A stretch of DNA of 64,000 nt from a virus (lineage: Duplodnaviria > Caudoviricetes). This document shows, piece after piece, positions 24,722-38,900 of the stretch. Where the stretch lies: IMG/VR virus record IMGVR_UViG_3300021400_000126, positions 69,307-133,306 of that record; one strand, written 5' to 3'. A model generated the notes under the pieces. It searched no databases. It saw nothing but the letters and a program-made list of their open reading frames with translations, and was not told the DNA's origin. Within the stretch, counting starts at the first letter, position 1. The number at the start of each line of letters is the position of its first letter. The position numbers were made by a program, and so were the translations under genes.

Positions 24722-27700
24722 TTATCTCATAGCTCTTTGTGCGGCGAGATTAACTAAATCATTTAATGCTTCCTAAATTTCTTTTTTACTATTAACATTT
24801 GGAAAACTTGCCTAAATTTTTACCTGTTGTTCTATTGCGCTTTTATTGTTAATATCTTTTGAAAAACCATTATTTAAATTTCCTAATTTAGAAATTACAT
24901 TCCCGCTCATAGAAGCCACAATTGAACGCATAATAGTAACAGAATCTAAAATATTTTTTGTATCTTCTTTATTTAAAACAAGTTCTTTTTCATGAAGAAT
25001 TGCAGGACGACCCTCTGAACTGTTCCAATTTCCAGTGTAGCCACCAGTATCATAAACCGCTTTTTTATTACCTTGACTAACCCATGATTGTAAATTTTTA
25101 AGATAAAATTGAGCGTTTCCTTTTAATTTATCTTTATCAAAAGATTGATACCATGAAGCATTTTTAATAATACTATTTTTATACTATTGATTAGGAACGA
25201 CACTATCTCTTAAATATGCATGAACTCTATTGTACATTTCTTTTCCAAGCTATTCTCCAAAGACTTCAATCATATTTTTTCTTCGAGTTTCACCATCTCC
25301 CCAACTTTTTGATAATAAAATACTACCAGCAATTCCCATAATAATATTTTTATCTGCCCCATCTATTTGTTGTAATTGACCTGCTTTAATAGATTGGTCA
25401 ACATTAAGAGATTTATCTTTCTATGTTTTTCCTTGGTGCTTTAAATCAGCTACATACTATGCTCGATTAGTTTGTAATAAACCGCTGTAATTATCTGACT
25501 CCCATTGACCTTTATTTCCTTTTTTACCAGTATCTTTTTTCTGCTGTTGTTTTTTCTTTCTGGCAGCTTCGTCTGCTTCTCTTTTTGCGGCTGCCGCAGC
25601 CTGTTCTTCTTGAGCTTTGATAAATTTATGTATCGCATCAACAGCAGCTATTGCTTGCTTATAAACCTCTTTATATTTAAGACTTAAATCATGTGCAGCA
25701 TCTCTTAATTTTTCAATACTTTTTAATTCAGTCTTCATTTGACTAATTAAAGTATCATTATTTTCAATTAATGGAGCATATTCTTTTGCAGATTCACTTA
25801 CACCATCTTTCAAACTACCAAAATCAGTTCCTGCAACATTCGCTAAAGTATTTAATTCATCTTGATAATCTTTAGTTGCTATTCGAACTTTCTAAAATGA
25901 TTTTTCACAAGCTGGAATGAAACCACCATCCTATGATGCAAATTTATCAATCATTTTTTGAATTCCAATATCCCATTCTGGAACCAATTGCTTCATAAGA
26001 ATTTCTTGTTCTGCATCAGACATATTTTGAAATTTTTGAACATCTTCATCATAAAGATAAGCCAAATCTGAAAAAGCATCTTCTTTTAAATATTTTCTTA
26101 TATTAAGATTACTCTAAGTTTTATTATTAATGTACTAATTATAATTATCATTTAATAATTTTTGTCTTTCAAGTCGTTCTTCTTCAGTTAAAGACATATC
26201 TAATTGAATCTCTTTATATTTTTCTTGGAACTCTTCCCAAGCCGAAAGCATTTCTTCTAAATTACTTTTATATTTATCTAAATCAAAATTATAAAGATCA
26301 TTTAATGCATCTGCATATCCAGATTCAGCTTCTTCAATAGCATCATTATCAGCTACATATTCATAAGAATAATTGCCTTGAGAATCTCTTTTTAATTGCA
26401 TTGAAGTTTTTGCGGAACGTGAATCTTCTAAAGCAATCCTAGCTTGCTCAACCTATAAAAGTTTTTGAGCGCGATCTATATCATACTGAGACACCTTTTG
26501 TTTATTTTTTAAGATATTTAATTGTTCATTCATTAATTTCTTTAATTCTTTTTGATTTTTAATAGTTTTAGTATCATCAATTGCTTTCTGATATTTTCTT
26601 TGAGTCTATTGAATAGCAAAAGCAGAATTAATAGTATCTAAATACTATTCTCCATTTTTCTTCATCAAATCCCATTCCATATTGAGATAATCTGAACCCT
26701 GCCCTTTAGTCATTTTTTTATCTAACTAATCAAAAATACCATTAATAGCATTAGTATATTTATCTTGGATTGTTTTTGCGGCATTCTCTACTGCGCTATT
26801 TAAATCGCCTAAAACTTTTTTATAATTTTCTTTAAATTTCTATGCAGCTTTAGTATCTCCCTTTGCCGCAGCATCTTTCCATTGTTTTTCCCAAAAATCT
26901 TTTTGTTTCTTTAATGAATCAATTTGTTTTAAATTATTATTCTATAATTGAGTATAATAACCATTCATGGCGTTATAATTTTTATCTCCATATAATAAAG
27001 TTAATAAATCCATATCATGGCTAATTAAATCATTTACAAAATTATAATCATCTATTTGTTTATCAAAAAATTCAGAAACATCATCAATAGTGTCAAGATA
27101 GGCTTCATCTATTTTATCAATTAAACTTTCATAGTCTTCCATCTGATCCATTAATTTATTTAAATCAGATTGTAAATCCTACATAGCTTGTTTTTTATTA
27201 TCGCCATAAATGGAAGATGTTCCTGTCTTGTCTATGCTTTCAATTTGACTTCTTGTCTAAAGCATTTTCCTAGATAAGGTCTAAAAACTTCCTGGAGAAT
27301 TGCCAACTTTAAAATAACTTTCTGCATCAGCTTTATTTAACTATGCATCTTTTCTTATACTACTAAAATTGCTATCTTTAACAACGTCCGTATGTTCAAG
27401 AACTTCTCTTCTAAATTTATTCCAATCTCTTTCAGCTTCGCCCATATCAAGACGAATCTCAACTTCCATCCTAAATTTTTGAATTTTTATTTCAATTTGC
27501 TTTTGAGTTTCTTCTTCAATCTAATCTTTTATATCTTCAATATTTTCTCTAAGTTCATCATATTTTTTAATTCTATCTTCTAAATCTTTATACTCTTTTT
27601 CTTTATTATCTTTTTCTTTATCAACTTTATCAATTTGTTCATCTATTTTCTTTTTCTTATCTTTATCTGTTTCTTTGTTATATTCTGTTATTAATTTATT

Positions 27701-30700
27701 TTTCTTTTCAATAAGATTATTGGTTTCTTTTTCTTTTTTATTAAGAATATCTAAATAGTTAGAAATATCTCCATACTTATTAAAAGTAACACCAAGATTC
27801 TTTAATGCTCTTCTTTGATTCTTTAAATCTTTCTATTGTAATTTATTTTTTTCTTCTAATTTCTTTTTATGCTGTTCTAATATTTTAGTTTGTTCATTAA
27901 GATTTTTTAATAACTGTTTTCCGTATAGGCGGTCTTGTTTCTTTTGGGCGCGGTCAAGGCTACGATTTACTTTATCAATTTCAATATTAATATCATGATA
28001 AATATCTTTTTCTTGTTTTAATTTCTTCTATGGATCTTTTTGAGTTCTATCTGGTTCGTTTTTCTTAGCGGAGCTACCTTTCTTTCCTCCTTTTTTGCCG
28101 CCTTTCTTACCGCCACCGCCTTTCTTACCGCCACCACCTTTACCTCCATTATTAGTAAAGGTTTTTTTAGAATTATTAATCTTAGGGGCGCCACCGCCTA
28201 AATTTTTACCCGCAATAGGTCTAAGTCTAACTCCTGTTCCAGAAGTGTTTTTAGTAACAGTAGCTGAAGCATCTCTCGTTTCTTGTATTACACTGTCTAT
28301 AGATCCTACTGCATTAGTAACTGCACCTGTGGCTTGTGCAAAAATATTATTACCGATTGGGACTCCTGTAACTTGAGGGATAGATGTATTTAAAGGAACG
28401 GGTTCTACATTTGAAACCCAATCAACCATATTTTCAGTATCATTGTTTTGAACAACTGAATTATCAAACTAAGGAATATAACCAATTTCTTGTCCGGCTG
28501 CAAACTAGGCTGCCATAGCCGCATCAAAAGCATCTGCTGTACTAGAACCAGTTGCTATTGCATTATCATAAGCTGCTTGCCCAACTTGTTGGAAATAATC
28601 TCCTACATTTGCATAAACACCCTAAGTATCGAAACTAATGGTATCACCTATATCAACTGGATTAGCTTCTAAGTCGCCTTTCATAGCTTGATAAGCGTCT
28701 TGAATTTTTTCAAAACCAGCTGTATCAGGCTCCAAATTTAAAACATTTTCCCATAAATCTTCTTGTGCGGCATCTACTAAATCATTATAAGCATCTAAAT
28801 TTCCGCTTAATGCCTACTTCATTAAATCAAGATTTTCTGCATCCTAAGCAAAATCATCTGATAAAACGTCACCATCTACGTCTAAAATATCCTAATATGT
28901 ATCCTTTAAATCTTCAGTATGTTCACTAAGATCTTTTGAAGAATCCGCCCATTCATCAAAATGTTCATTTGCATCTTCAATAGCATTATCAAAACGTAAC
29001 ATTCCCTATGCCATATCCTATGCAGTCTAATGAGCATTTTCCATTTGTTCAAAACCTTCAACAAATTTTCCAAATTTTTCTGAACCATTCTATATTTCAT
29101 CAGTTAATTTAGTAAATTGTTCTGGATCAATATCTTCATCTAAAGGATCTAATAAATCAAAATAATTTTTTAAGGCATCTGATAAAGCATCATTAGCTTC
29201 TTTTGATTTCTATACAAGTTGATCTGTTTGGTCACCTGTCTCATGAACTGCCTAATATATTCTATGTATCTGTCCAACAGATAAATCAGAAGTTTGATTT
29301 AAATTTCTAAAATTATTAACACTAAAACCAAGCTACTAAGTGGTTTTTCCAAGAGCTTCTAAATAATCTAACTGATTATCTATTAACTATCTTTGACTCT
29401 ACTTTTGTTTTTCATACTATTCAGAATCTATGCCATGTCTATCAGCTCCTGCCATAGAACCCGCATCTTGGTCTATTTTATTATAATAGTTTGATTTTTG
29501 ATTATTCCACTATTCAAGATCTTTAGCACTATTTATTCCTTTAGACCCAGGAGTATTTTCAAAAATTTCTTTTTGAAGTTTCTCCATAGATTTTAATTGA
29601 TTTACTAAATTCCCAAAATTAGAATGAAAACTATCAAATTTTAATCCATTGATATCTTTAGTAAAATCTTGAAGTTTACCAGAAAACTTATAAAGACCAT
29701 CACCAGCATATTCAAAATGCTTTTTTAAATCTTCATCTAATGCATCATATTCTTCAGTGGAAAAAGTTTCTCCTTTTTTAACTTTCTTTTCAAGATTATT
29801 ATATTTAAGATAATCATCTATAGCTTGATTAGAATTAATAACTCCTTCAGCTGTTTTAGAAACATCAGTTTGCTAAATCTATTTTAATAATTGTAAAAAA
29901 GTTTCCCAAGAACTAATATCTTCAGGATTTATTTTTATCGCAGCGGCTAATTGATCTTCACTTAAATTATTAATTTCTTTTTTTGTTTTTTCATTTAAAT
30001 CCTATAATTTTAAGCCTGTTTTATCTATGATAGAACCAAGATCACCAAATTTTTTATATAGCTCATTTTGATAAATATTCATAAAAGAGTTTGCATTATC
30101 AGCATTACCAACTACTTTTTTTAATTTTTCAAACTATGCTATATATTGTTCAATATTTGTAATATTATCAAAATTAAGAGTACCATTTTGAATAGCTTCT
30201 TGTCCTTTTTCTCCAATATTTGCTTCTTTTACTTTTTTTAAAGAAGAAGCTAATTCATCTGCCCACTATTTATTAGTTTTTAAATAATTTTCCATACTTT
30301 GAAAAGCATGGCTATTTTCTTTCTAGGTATCACTTAAAGTTTTATTTAAACCCTATACTGTCTATTTTATTATATTATAGTTTTTTAATAATGATTCCCC
30401 TTTATTTTCAGAATCAATATCAGTTACAAGATTCATATTTCTATTATCGACAGTATTCATACCGGCTTTTTTCATAGCCTAAAGGACTTTTTGATTTTCA
30501 TTTAAATTTTTTTCAAAATTTATGGCATATTTTGAAGAAGTAACATTTGCATTAAAACCATTTCCTCGTTGAGTTTTTTCAGTTTCTTTCTATGCCATTT
30601 CTTTGGCTGCTTTTAATTCTTTCTTTGCAGATTCGGAACGTTTCTTTGCATCTTCATATTGTATTTCTTGTAATGCTTTAGATAAGTCTCCGTAACTACT

Positions 30701-33700
30701 AATTAATTTTTGTGCTGCCTAATCTTCAAGATTATATTGATTTACTAAATCCTATACAGATGTTTTTAATTCTCCTCGAGTAACCTCTCCCTATTTATAT
30801 TTCTAATTTAACTAATTAAGACCTGAATATAAATTTTTATGATTATCAAGTTCATTTTGAATATCTTGATTCTATTTAATAATTTCTTTATCTGCATCAA
30901 TAGTTGCTTTTCTAGCTTTTTCTTGATAAGAATTAAATATTCCAATTGCTCCAACTAAGGTCATTATCGCTGCAGCTGCAGCTACAAATGGATTCATTAA
31001 AATTGTTTTATTAAAAAGATCCATTGCAATAGTAGCCTAACCAGTTTCTAATTTTAATAATTGAATAGACCCAACATGACCCATTTCTGAAGCAGTTGCT
31101 AAAACAGAAGAAGCAGCTTTTTCTTTTTCTATTACAGACATTAACCCCATTGCAGTTGTGGCTGTTGTAAAACCATTAACAAGCATTGGAAGTGATATTG
31201 CTAAATTTGTAATAGTTTGAAGAAGTTTTTCACTGGTAGTTAAATCCTAATTTTTCCATATACTACCAAGATTTTGGACTTGTTGAATTGCAGAACCAAC
31301 CTGTGCAATTCCACCTGCCAATTTTGCATAATTTTCCCATTTTTGAGTTTTCTCCGCTCTAGTAACCCCAGAAGTAAAATCACTTATCATTTTATTTAAT
31401 TGTGCTTTTTTCTGCTCAAGACGTAGAATATCTTCTGGACTTCCTAAAGATTGTATAAGTGTTTCATATTTATTTTGAATTTCTTGAGAAGATTGTCCTG
31501 TTATCTAACTTAATTTATCAAAAAATGCTTTAAATTCTTGAGCCATTTGATCTGAATTTTCAGGATTAATTCCTTCATTAAATTTTGCAGATAATTTAGC
31601 CCACTCATCATCTAAATCTGTAATTGTATTTGTAAGACTTTCTTTTAATTCTTTATCAAGACCTTGAAAAGCATCTGTATCCTGAATATCTTTTAAAGAA
31701 TCTAAAAAAGAAACTACTTTTCCTTGAGCTTCTCCAAAAGCCTAATTAAATCCTTCAACTTTTGTTTTATCAAATAAAGTTTTTGCAGAACCTAAATCAT
31801 CCCTAAAAGATTCTTTAGTTTGTTTTATTTTCTATTGAAGTTTATCTAAATCATCAATGGGATTGTTAATTTGTTCAGAAATTTTATCAATTTCTTTTCC
31901 ATCTCCTAAAATTTTCTATAAAGGAGTTTCTGTAAAAGCTTTTAAGGCATTTTGAGCTGGTTCAATTTTATCCTATATTGTCTTTATTTCATTACCCAAT
32001 TGATTCATATTATTCAAAAGGGTTTGCATACCAGAAAATTGTTCTGGTGTCATAGATTTTGCTAATTCACCTAATTGTTGTCTATTTTGTAAAAGCTAAT
32101 CAGTTGTTTTATCAAGACCCTCAATGCCTCTCCATTCTTGTATTGCATTTAATGTATCTTTAAATTGTTGAGCATTTTGTTTAGCAATTTCAAAATTTGT
32201 AATTGTAGTACTAATACCTTTAGCAATTTGTTCACTAAAAACTGTTATGCCAATAGCACCCAATGATCTTAAAATTGATCCACCGCCGCCAACACTATCA
32301 ACAAAAGTACCTGTTAAATTGGCAGCAGTTGTTAAACCATCCACTAAAGAATTAATACTATCGCTATCAATAAGACTTTTATAAATATCTTCAACCGCAG
32401 CTGTTAATTGTTCTAAATGTGCTCGAGTAGATTCCATATAAATGTCTTGTTGTTGTTGTAATGTTCCCGCTGCATTTTGAGCAGTATTTAATGCTTTATT
32501 ATATTGCTAAAAATTATCAAATAAAGCTATCAAATTAGAATACTGTCTTTGACCAGCCATAGTTTGAGCTAAAGAAACTTGTTGTTCTCGAGTTAAATTA
32601 TTCCATTGATTTCCAATTTCTTCCATGACAGTTCCCATATCACGAAGATTTCCATTTACATCAAGAACATTAAAACCAAGTTCTGCCATTTTACTAGAGT
32701 AATTTCCAAGATCAACTCCATCTTCATCAATTCCAGCTTTTATATCACTTATACGAGCATAAACGGTTCTTAATGCTGTACCAACAGACTAAGGAGCTAA
32801 ACGAGTTGCTGAAATAATTGTAGACAACTGTGCAGCAAGTTGTTCTTCACTTACTCCCATTGCATTCGCAGCAGATGCAACTTTACTCATACCAGTTGAT
32901 AGCTCTTCCAAATCAGATGCGGTTGTTGCTGCAACAGCAGCTAATCTATCTACATATACTTCTGCCTATTCAGCATTTACTTTATAACCATTCCAAACGG
33001 CTGTTAATTCTTCAGAAACCGCATCAGTAGATTGACCAGTTACATTGGCAGTTTTTAATGTAATCTAACTTCTTTTAGCAATTTCTTCATCATCTAAACC
33101 CTGTTGAGCATAAATTAAGGCAGCTTTAGTATAATCTGTTGTTGTTCGACCTAAACTTTCCGCTGCTGTATTTGCTTGTTCTGCAAATTTTCCCATTTCT
33201 TCTGAAGATTTTCCAGTAACAATTCTAATATCATTTAGAGAAGTGTCTAAAGATTTTACAAAACCCCATGCCTATTGTACTGATCTAGTTAAAGAATTTA
33301 CAGCAGAAGAAGCAATATTCCATTTAACAGTATTAGCTAAAGTTGTTCCAATTTTATCAAGAACAGTATGAGATTCTTTTAATTGAATATTTGTATTTAA
33401 AACTTGAGTACTTAAATCTCTAAAAGCATTTTGTCCAGCCACTCCAGCTTGACTAAAAGTATCATAAACTTTTTGAAGAGTTGTTTTAGAACCTTCTAAT
33501 GATTCATTAAAAGATTGAATATTAACAGTATTTAATTTAGTATTAAAAGCACTCCTTAAGGCATCTTCAACTGCTACTGCCTGTCTTTTAATATCCATTA
33601 AAGTTTGACTAGCATCTTTTACATCTAAAGATTTATTTAAATTTAATAAATCTTTAGAAGTTAAATTTTGAATCTACTTCAAAGATTTTTTTACTTGCTA

Positions 33701-33754
33701 TAAGCCATCTTTTTTGACATCAAAGCCTATACCATATCTAATCTATTGTGCCAT
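24722..33754 (-). CDS. tail tape measure protein (~3010 aa, dozens of TAG)
   Basis: seven track fragments share one frame; TRLAP*SVGTALRTVYAR, GNLRDMG, AGQRQYSNLIALF TMP core; C-terminal YDTGGYTG..LHEKELVLN; TAA 24722. Confidence 0.85.
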
Positions 33755-33778
33755 ATCCTTTTTTCCCCTTTATAAAAA

Positions 33779-33815
33779 AAATAACTTATTCACTGACTAT
33801 ATGAATAAGTTATTT
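33779..33815 (-). terminator. intrinsic terminator
   Basis: AAATAACTTATTCA...TGAATAAGTTATTT with T-run on the minus strand. Confidence 0.65.
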
Positions 33816-33822
33816 CTTTAAA

Positions 33823-34560
33823 TTATTTATCTAAATTTACATTCTTTGCATTACAATAATTTAAGCCATATTTCTTACAAAAAGTTTTTATTTTTGCTAA
33901 ATTGGCGGCGTTAGCTTTATATTCCAATAGAAAAACAGCTATTTTTGCCTTCTTAACCGCAACCACATAAGCTTTTAAACGTTTCTTTTCTGCGGCAGTC
34001 TGACTTCCGCATTTATCTTTATCAATATTTTTTATAAGAGTAAATACCTCTTCTTGTTGAATCGCTTGAAAATGAACTACTTTATCTTTAATACATTTTT
34101 TTACAAAATAATCCGCTCCATTTACCATAAGATAAAGTCCAGTTTCTTTGCGAATAGTTTTTAATATTTTCCTTGCGGGCGTATATAATTTTTTAGATTT
34201 ATACTCTTCAATTACATCTAAATTATCAATATATAATCCAGTCGCTCCGCGTTTTTTAAATTTCTTAGCTTGACTTAAAAGAAATTTTTGCCAAGCCTAC
34301 GCATTAAGGTTCATCCATAACTCGTCCCAATCTCCGTACTTTCCAATTGCATATTTTTTATATATCTTATAATAAGAACGAGTTTTTTCAATTGCACCAA
34401 CATTAAGATAAGCAATCAATTTAATTTTATTAGCTAATAATTTTTTAATTTGTGCATCTGTAAATTCAGTAAATTCAATTACCGCAATTGAAGGTTTTTG
34501 CTTAATAATTTTAGCATAATCTTTTCCGTTCATTCCTAGATAAACTTTATATCCTGCCAT
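33823..34560 (-). CDS. GH114-like glycoside hydrolase (245 aa, 1 TAG)
   Basis: IAYLNVGAIE..R.YY, WDELW, W....KKRGATGLYIDNLD, MVNG, FLLEY; two track fragments joined at TAG. Confidence 0.7.
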
Positions 34561-34562
34561 AT

Positions 34563-34799
34563 TTATCCCTCTTTTTTACTTTTTATAATCCAATCTTGAA
34601 GAATATATTCTCCTATATCTATATAAGTTTCTTCTAAATATTCTTCTTTTTTAAACTCAGGAGGTATAGTAACGATTAACTATTTCCAACCTTGTAATTT
34701 TAATTGTTCTTCTGTTGGATTATGAATAATATTATTTTCTATCTAAATTTTTTGAGGAGCAAAAATCAATTGCTCCTCAATAAGTTTACAATATATCAT
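34563..34799 (-). CDS. small tail-associated protein (78 aa, 2 TAG)
   Basis: absent from the track. FAPQKI*IENNIIHNPTEEQLKLQGWK*L; fills the gap between its neighbours. Confidence 0.6.
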
Positions 34800-34801
34800 T
34801 T

Positions 34802-35044
34802 TTATTCATCACTTGGATTTTCTTCATTTGGTTCGTATAATGTATCAAACCGCTGATTTTCAATAATCTCTCCGTCTTGGTTTTGAAGAGTCAGAGCAAC
34901 AGATGTGAAGTCTGTAGTTGCTACTGCCACGGATGCTCTCTGATAGTAATAAGCAAGTCCCATGGCAAGGGATGAGCGAGTTGTAATTGTTGAATTAACG
35001 ATTCCATCGGGACGGGTTTGAAGTTCTGTGATAAAATAGTACAT
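34802..35044 (-). CDS. hypothetical protein
   Basis: AAGGAGG RBS, 80 aa. Confidence 0.7.
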   Translation of the reverse strand: MYYFITELQTRPDGIVNSTITTRSSLAMGLAYYYQRASVAVATTDFTSVALTLQNQDGEIIENQRFDTLYEPNEENPSDE

Positions 35045-35059
35045 AATTTTTCCTCCTTA

Positions 35060-35902
35060 TTAAGTTGTTGAAATAGGTGTGCCGTCTGCGTATTGAGTTT
35101 CGTACTGACTTCCTTCGATTGCAACGATGCTGTTATTCTCGTATCCAAGAATAGTACTCCAGTTGTTTGCTGACTGATAACTTGAGATAAGCGACTGCGG
35201 AACATACAGAGTACCGCCTGTGCCGCTTGAAGCAAATGGAGTGCCTTCAAAATTATTAATATTACCAAGTGATGAAACAGTATCATTACGAATTATTAGA
35301 GTGTCAAATAAACTACAATTTAAAAATACTTGTGTTCTTCCAAAAGAAGGCTTATATAAATCAACCGCTTTTAATTTTGTACAAGCATTAAATGCTTTAA
35401 CATACACAATTCCATTAACTGATGGCATAACAACAAACTCTAGGCTAGAACAGTCAGACGCAACTAATGTTGGAACAACGGTCGCAACTGGCAAATATAA
35501 ACGTGTTAATGAAGTACAACCTTCAAACATATAGTCTGTTAAATTTACTAAAGAAGGAAGTTCTACAGTTTGCAAAGACGTACAATTACCAAATTGACTG
35601 CCAGATCTATTGCTACCATTTTGACGAATAGAATATGCATTAACAGCATTTGGACAAGATACGCTTGTTATTTGATTGCATCCGTTAAAAAGAAACGCTC
35701 TTAAAGAAGTACCAGTTACTACAACATGACCACTTATTGTTTTATCATTCAATTCATCTATACTAATAACATTTCCCCCACCATACCCATCAACCAAACT
35801 TCCAACTGCATCGGATAAGGTTGTGTCAGATTTCCCAGTGATTTCATTAGCATAGGTGGTCAAAGCATTAATCGCATCAGTTAAAGGTGTAGTACTACTC
35901 AT
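35060..35902 (-). CDS. BspA-type leucine-rich repeat protein
   Basis: repeats FxxCxxLxxVxLP; GTLYVP..YQSANNW cap. Confidence 0.85.
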   Translation of the reverse strand: MSSTTPLTDAINALTTYANEITGKSDTTLSDAVGSLVDGYGGGNVISIDELNDKTISGHVVVTGTSLRAFLFNGCNQITSVSCPNAVNAYSIRQNGSNRSGSQFGNCTSLQTVELPSLVNLTDYMFEGCTSLTRLYLPVATVVPTLVASDCSSLEFVVMPSVNGIVYVKAFNACTKLKAVDLYKPSFGRTQVFLNCSLFDTLIIRNDTVSSLGNINNFEGTPFASSGTGGTLYVPQSLISSYQSANNWSTILGYENNSIVAIEGSQYETQYADGTPISTT

Positions 35903-35903
35903 A

Positions 35904-38900
35904 TTAATTCACCCCCAATGCAGTTAATGCAGAACTATAGTCAGCATACAAATCATCAAGTCTGCCCTTGTCAGTGGAAGACATTAAACCGTTTGAGGAT
36001 GTGGTAGCTACGGATGTTCCTGCTTTTGCTGACAATGCCGTGTCTACTTCCGTTTTGGTGTATGTCGTTGTCTTGTCTGCTTTACTGTTAATCAGATTCA
36101 TTGTTCCTGCGTAGCATTTTGTCTCATGTCCCACAGGAATAATCCCAGTAGTCACAAACTCCTCTGTATCCCCAACAATCTGCGGATTGTGGTAGGGTTG
36201 TGCGGTGAAGGTGGTGGGGGTTGCGAGTTCGTAGATGAAAAGACCTGTAGGTGGTGTTGTGGTCGAACCGTTCCTCAAAAACAGATTTCCGCTTGTACCA
36301 AGGATATATTTTCCGTCAGTGAAATTTTGTCCGTTTAACGCTCCAACAGGGTCTACAACATAAGTCTCGGCACAGTTGTTTATCATTTCGCTTTGTGTTG
36401 AATGCCTTTTAACAAGACTGGCAAGTCCACTTGTATTCCAACAACTGTAGTTTTGATTATAACCCCAATCTAGCGTCCCAAGGTCACATAACCCATACCT
36501 CCTACTTCCATTCCCATCAGCAGGATACACATCACCGTCATAGTAGAGGTTGTTGTTGGAATCCAGTTTCGGAATACCTCTCAGCACTACCTCGGAGTCG
36601 AGTGGATATGAATGACTCTCATACGGTTCGTACTGTCCGTTGCGTGTGGGGTCGGAGAGGTTGATGCAGATGTCGTGGTTGTAGACATTGCCATATATAA
36701 CCGTTGATGTATTTGTTTCGATCTTGAAGTACGCCGCATTTTCGGGCGTTATGAACGTAATATTGTTGTAGTATCCGCTCGATATTAAATTCTTACTTGC
36801 GTCATAGAAGAAGATGCGAAAATAATATCTGTTTTGGCTTCCACCGTCCGTCTTTCCACATGTGGCATAATACGTCGTATTCGGCAAAATCTTGCAGAAA
36901 TTTTTGGAGTGTAAGGCGACTTCGGGGACTTTGCCATTAATAACTCCTCTCTCCCACTCCTCATCCCACTGATTAAACCCAACCGTCTTCTTACTCACAA
37001 GACCTTCCACACTCTTCAGAGTAGGTTCACAGTATTCATAATAATCCTCAGTAAAGAACCCCCATTCCTTCAGCTTGCTGACTCCTGCTCCCGTGGAAGA
37101 TACTTCTAAACCATAAAGATAATCTGCAATAGTCGAACCGAAACAAGCAGTGAGGTCATGTACTTGAGGTCGGATTGTTTCGTTTACCGATGTTCCCTCG
37201 CCATTAATTCGAATATAAAAACCGTTTCCTAATGCTCCAATAGTATCGATGCCCTCCACTCTCGGTTTGATTCCCGATGAGCCATTATACCAGATTTTTA
37301 CTAAACCGCTTTTACTGCCTGAGTTAACATAGAATCTGTGTCCAGCGGTAATATTATTATTGTTAGAAATTTGAATGTAGCAATTTGTATTTCCAGTTAA
37401 AGTTCCACTGATTGAAATACTGCCATCCGCATTTCTTGTGAACGTGACACCATAAACCGTCGTTGGTGAATTAAAATTGAAGGACGGATTAACCAACTGA
37501 TTCCACCCCACCGTACCTCCAACAATCTCTTCCTCCACACTTGCTACAGAGTACGGAGTTTCACGATATAAGTAAGGAACTTTCTCTTCCGTATAATCAT
37601 CGGAAAGTATCTGTTTCTTAACATCTTCCTGCGTGACAAATCCATTGTCATTGGTCAGGTCAGAAGTTTTTGTTGGTATAACTGTAGTACTTGGCAATGC
37701 TCCGACTTCAGAAGCGGTATAGCTAGGCTTAGTTGATGCTTTTGCCCATGCAGGAACAGTTGGGTCTGTTTCTGTGTAGCCAGTGATAAAGCCTGAGTCA
37801 TTAGTCAAGTCGCTAGTTTTGGTCGGAATTGTAGGTTTATTGGACAGGTCAGCATAACTCCCACTTGTAGCAACCATTGCTAAATCCGCAGAATTAACTT
37901 TATTAAGTAATGCATCATCAACATATGTATGAGTAGCTATTATATTTTCTGTGTCAAGATAATTAGAATCTAATTTATGATATATAAAATCATTTTTATA
38001 AACACTAAGAGTGATTTCAGTCATTGTACTATCTTGGGTTAAAAATTGTATTCTTGTAGAATCAGAATTTTCATCCGTGAGAATAAAAAAAGGATATTCA
38101 AAATTGGATGGGTCTGTTTCTGCTCCCATCCAATCTGATAAATTTCCAATGATATATTTATCTTCTACTACCTTATTTGTAGGCATAAAATATTCCGTTC
38201 CATTAAATATTACTTTATAAAATTCATTATTATTTAAAGTAATATAAGGAAGTTCATCAATTAGACCAAAATACCAGCCAACCCATTCTGGATGTCCAAT
38301 TTCACTACTTTCTGCTAAGTGATTAATAATATAATATGTGTCATTAATTAATTCAATATAGCTATTTTCTTTATATAATGGTCTGTTTTCAACATACCCA
38401 TCTTCACCCTCAGAAGCATCCCAATCAGCTCCAGTGGAAATTACAGGTTTATCAATTAAATCATTATAACTCCCACTTGTAGCAACCATTGCTAAATCCG
38501 CAGAATTAGCTTTGCCCGATATATCTTGATGCTGAGTAAGATAGCCTTGATTCTCTACCCAAGTTTCGGTTGCATATCCAGTTAAATCAACAGAAGAACC
38601 TAATTCTTCCCAAGCACTTCCATTCCACGCATATTCACTACCATCAGCGGTTACATGATACACATCACCAATTTTATTATTTAAAGACGGCAATGCATTT
38701 ACTGTAGCTACAGTTCCTTTATAAGAAAGAACAGAAGATAATGCAGTTGATATAGATGTAGATACATTAGAAGCTGTCTGGTATCCTGCGTCATTATTAA
38801 AATCAGATATGTTCGTTGGTACTGTTGGAATTACTGGCTTATTAGATAAATCATTATAACTACCACTAGTTGCAACAGTAGCCAAATCAGATACATTTGC

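Noticed and set aside
28070-28150. GGK/GGGGK repeat tract
   Set aside because: Ordinary low-complexity linker within the tape measure protein
35060-38900. Diversity-generating retroelement targeting fibre or LRR genes
   Set aside because: No reverse transcriptase in the window; the repeats are identical or generally diverged, with no adenine-specific pattern noticed
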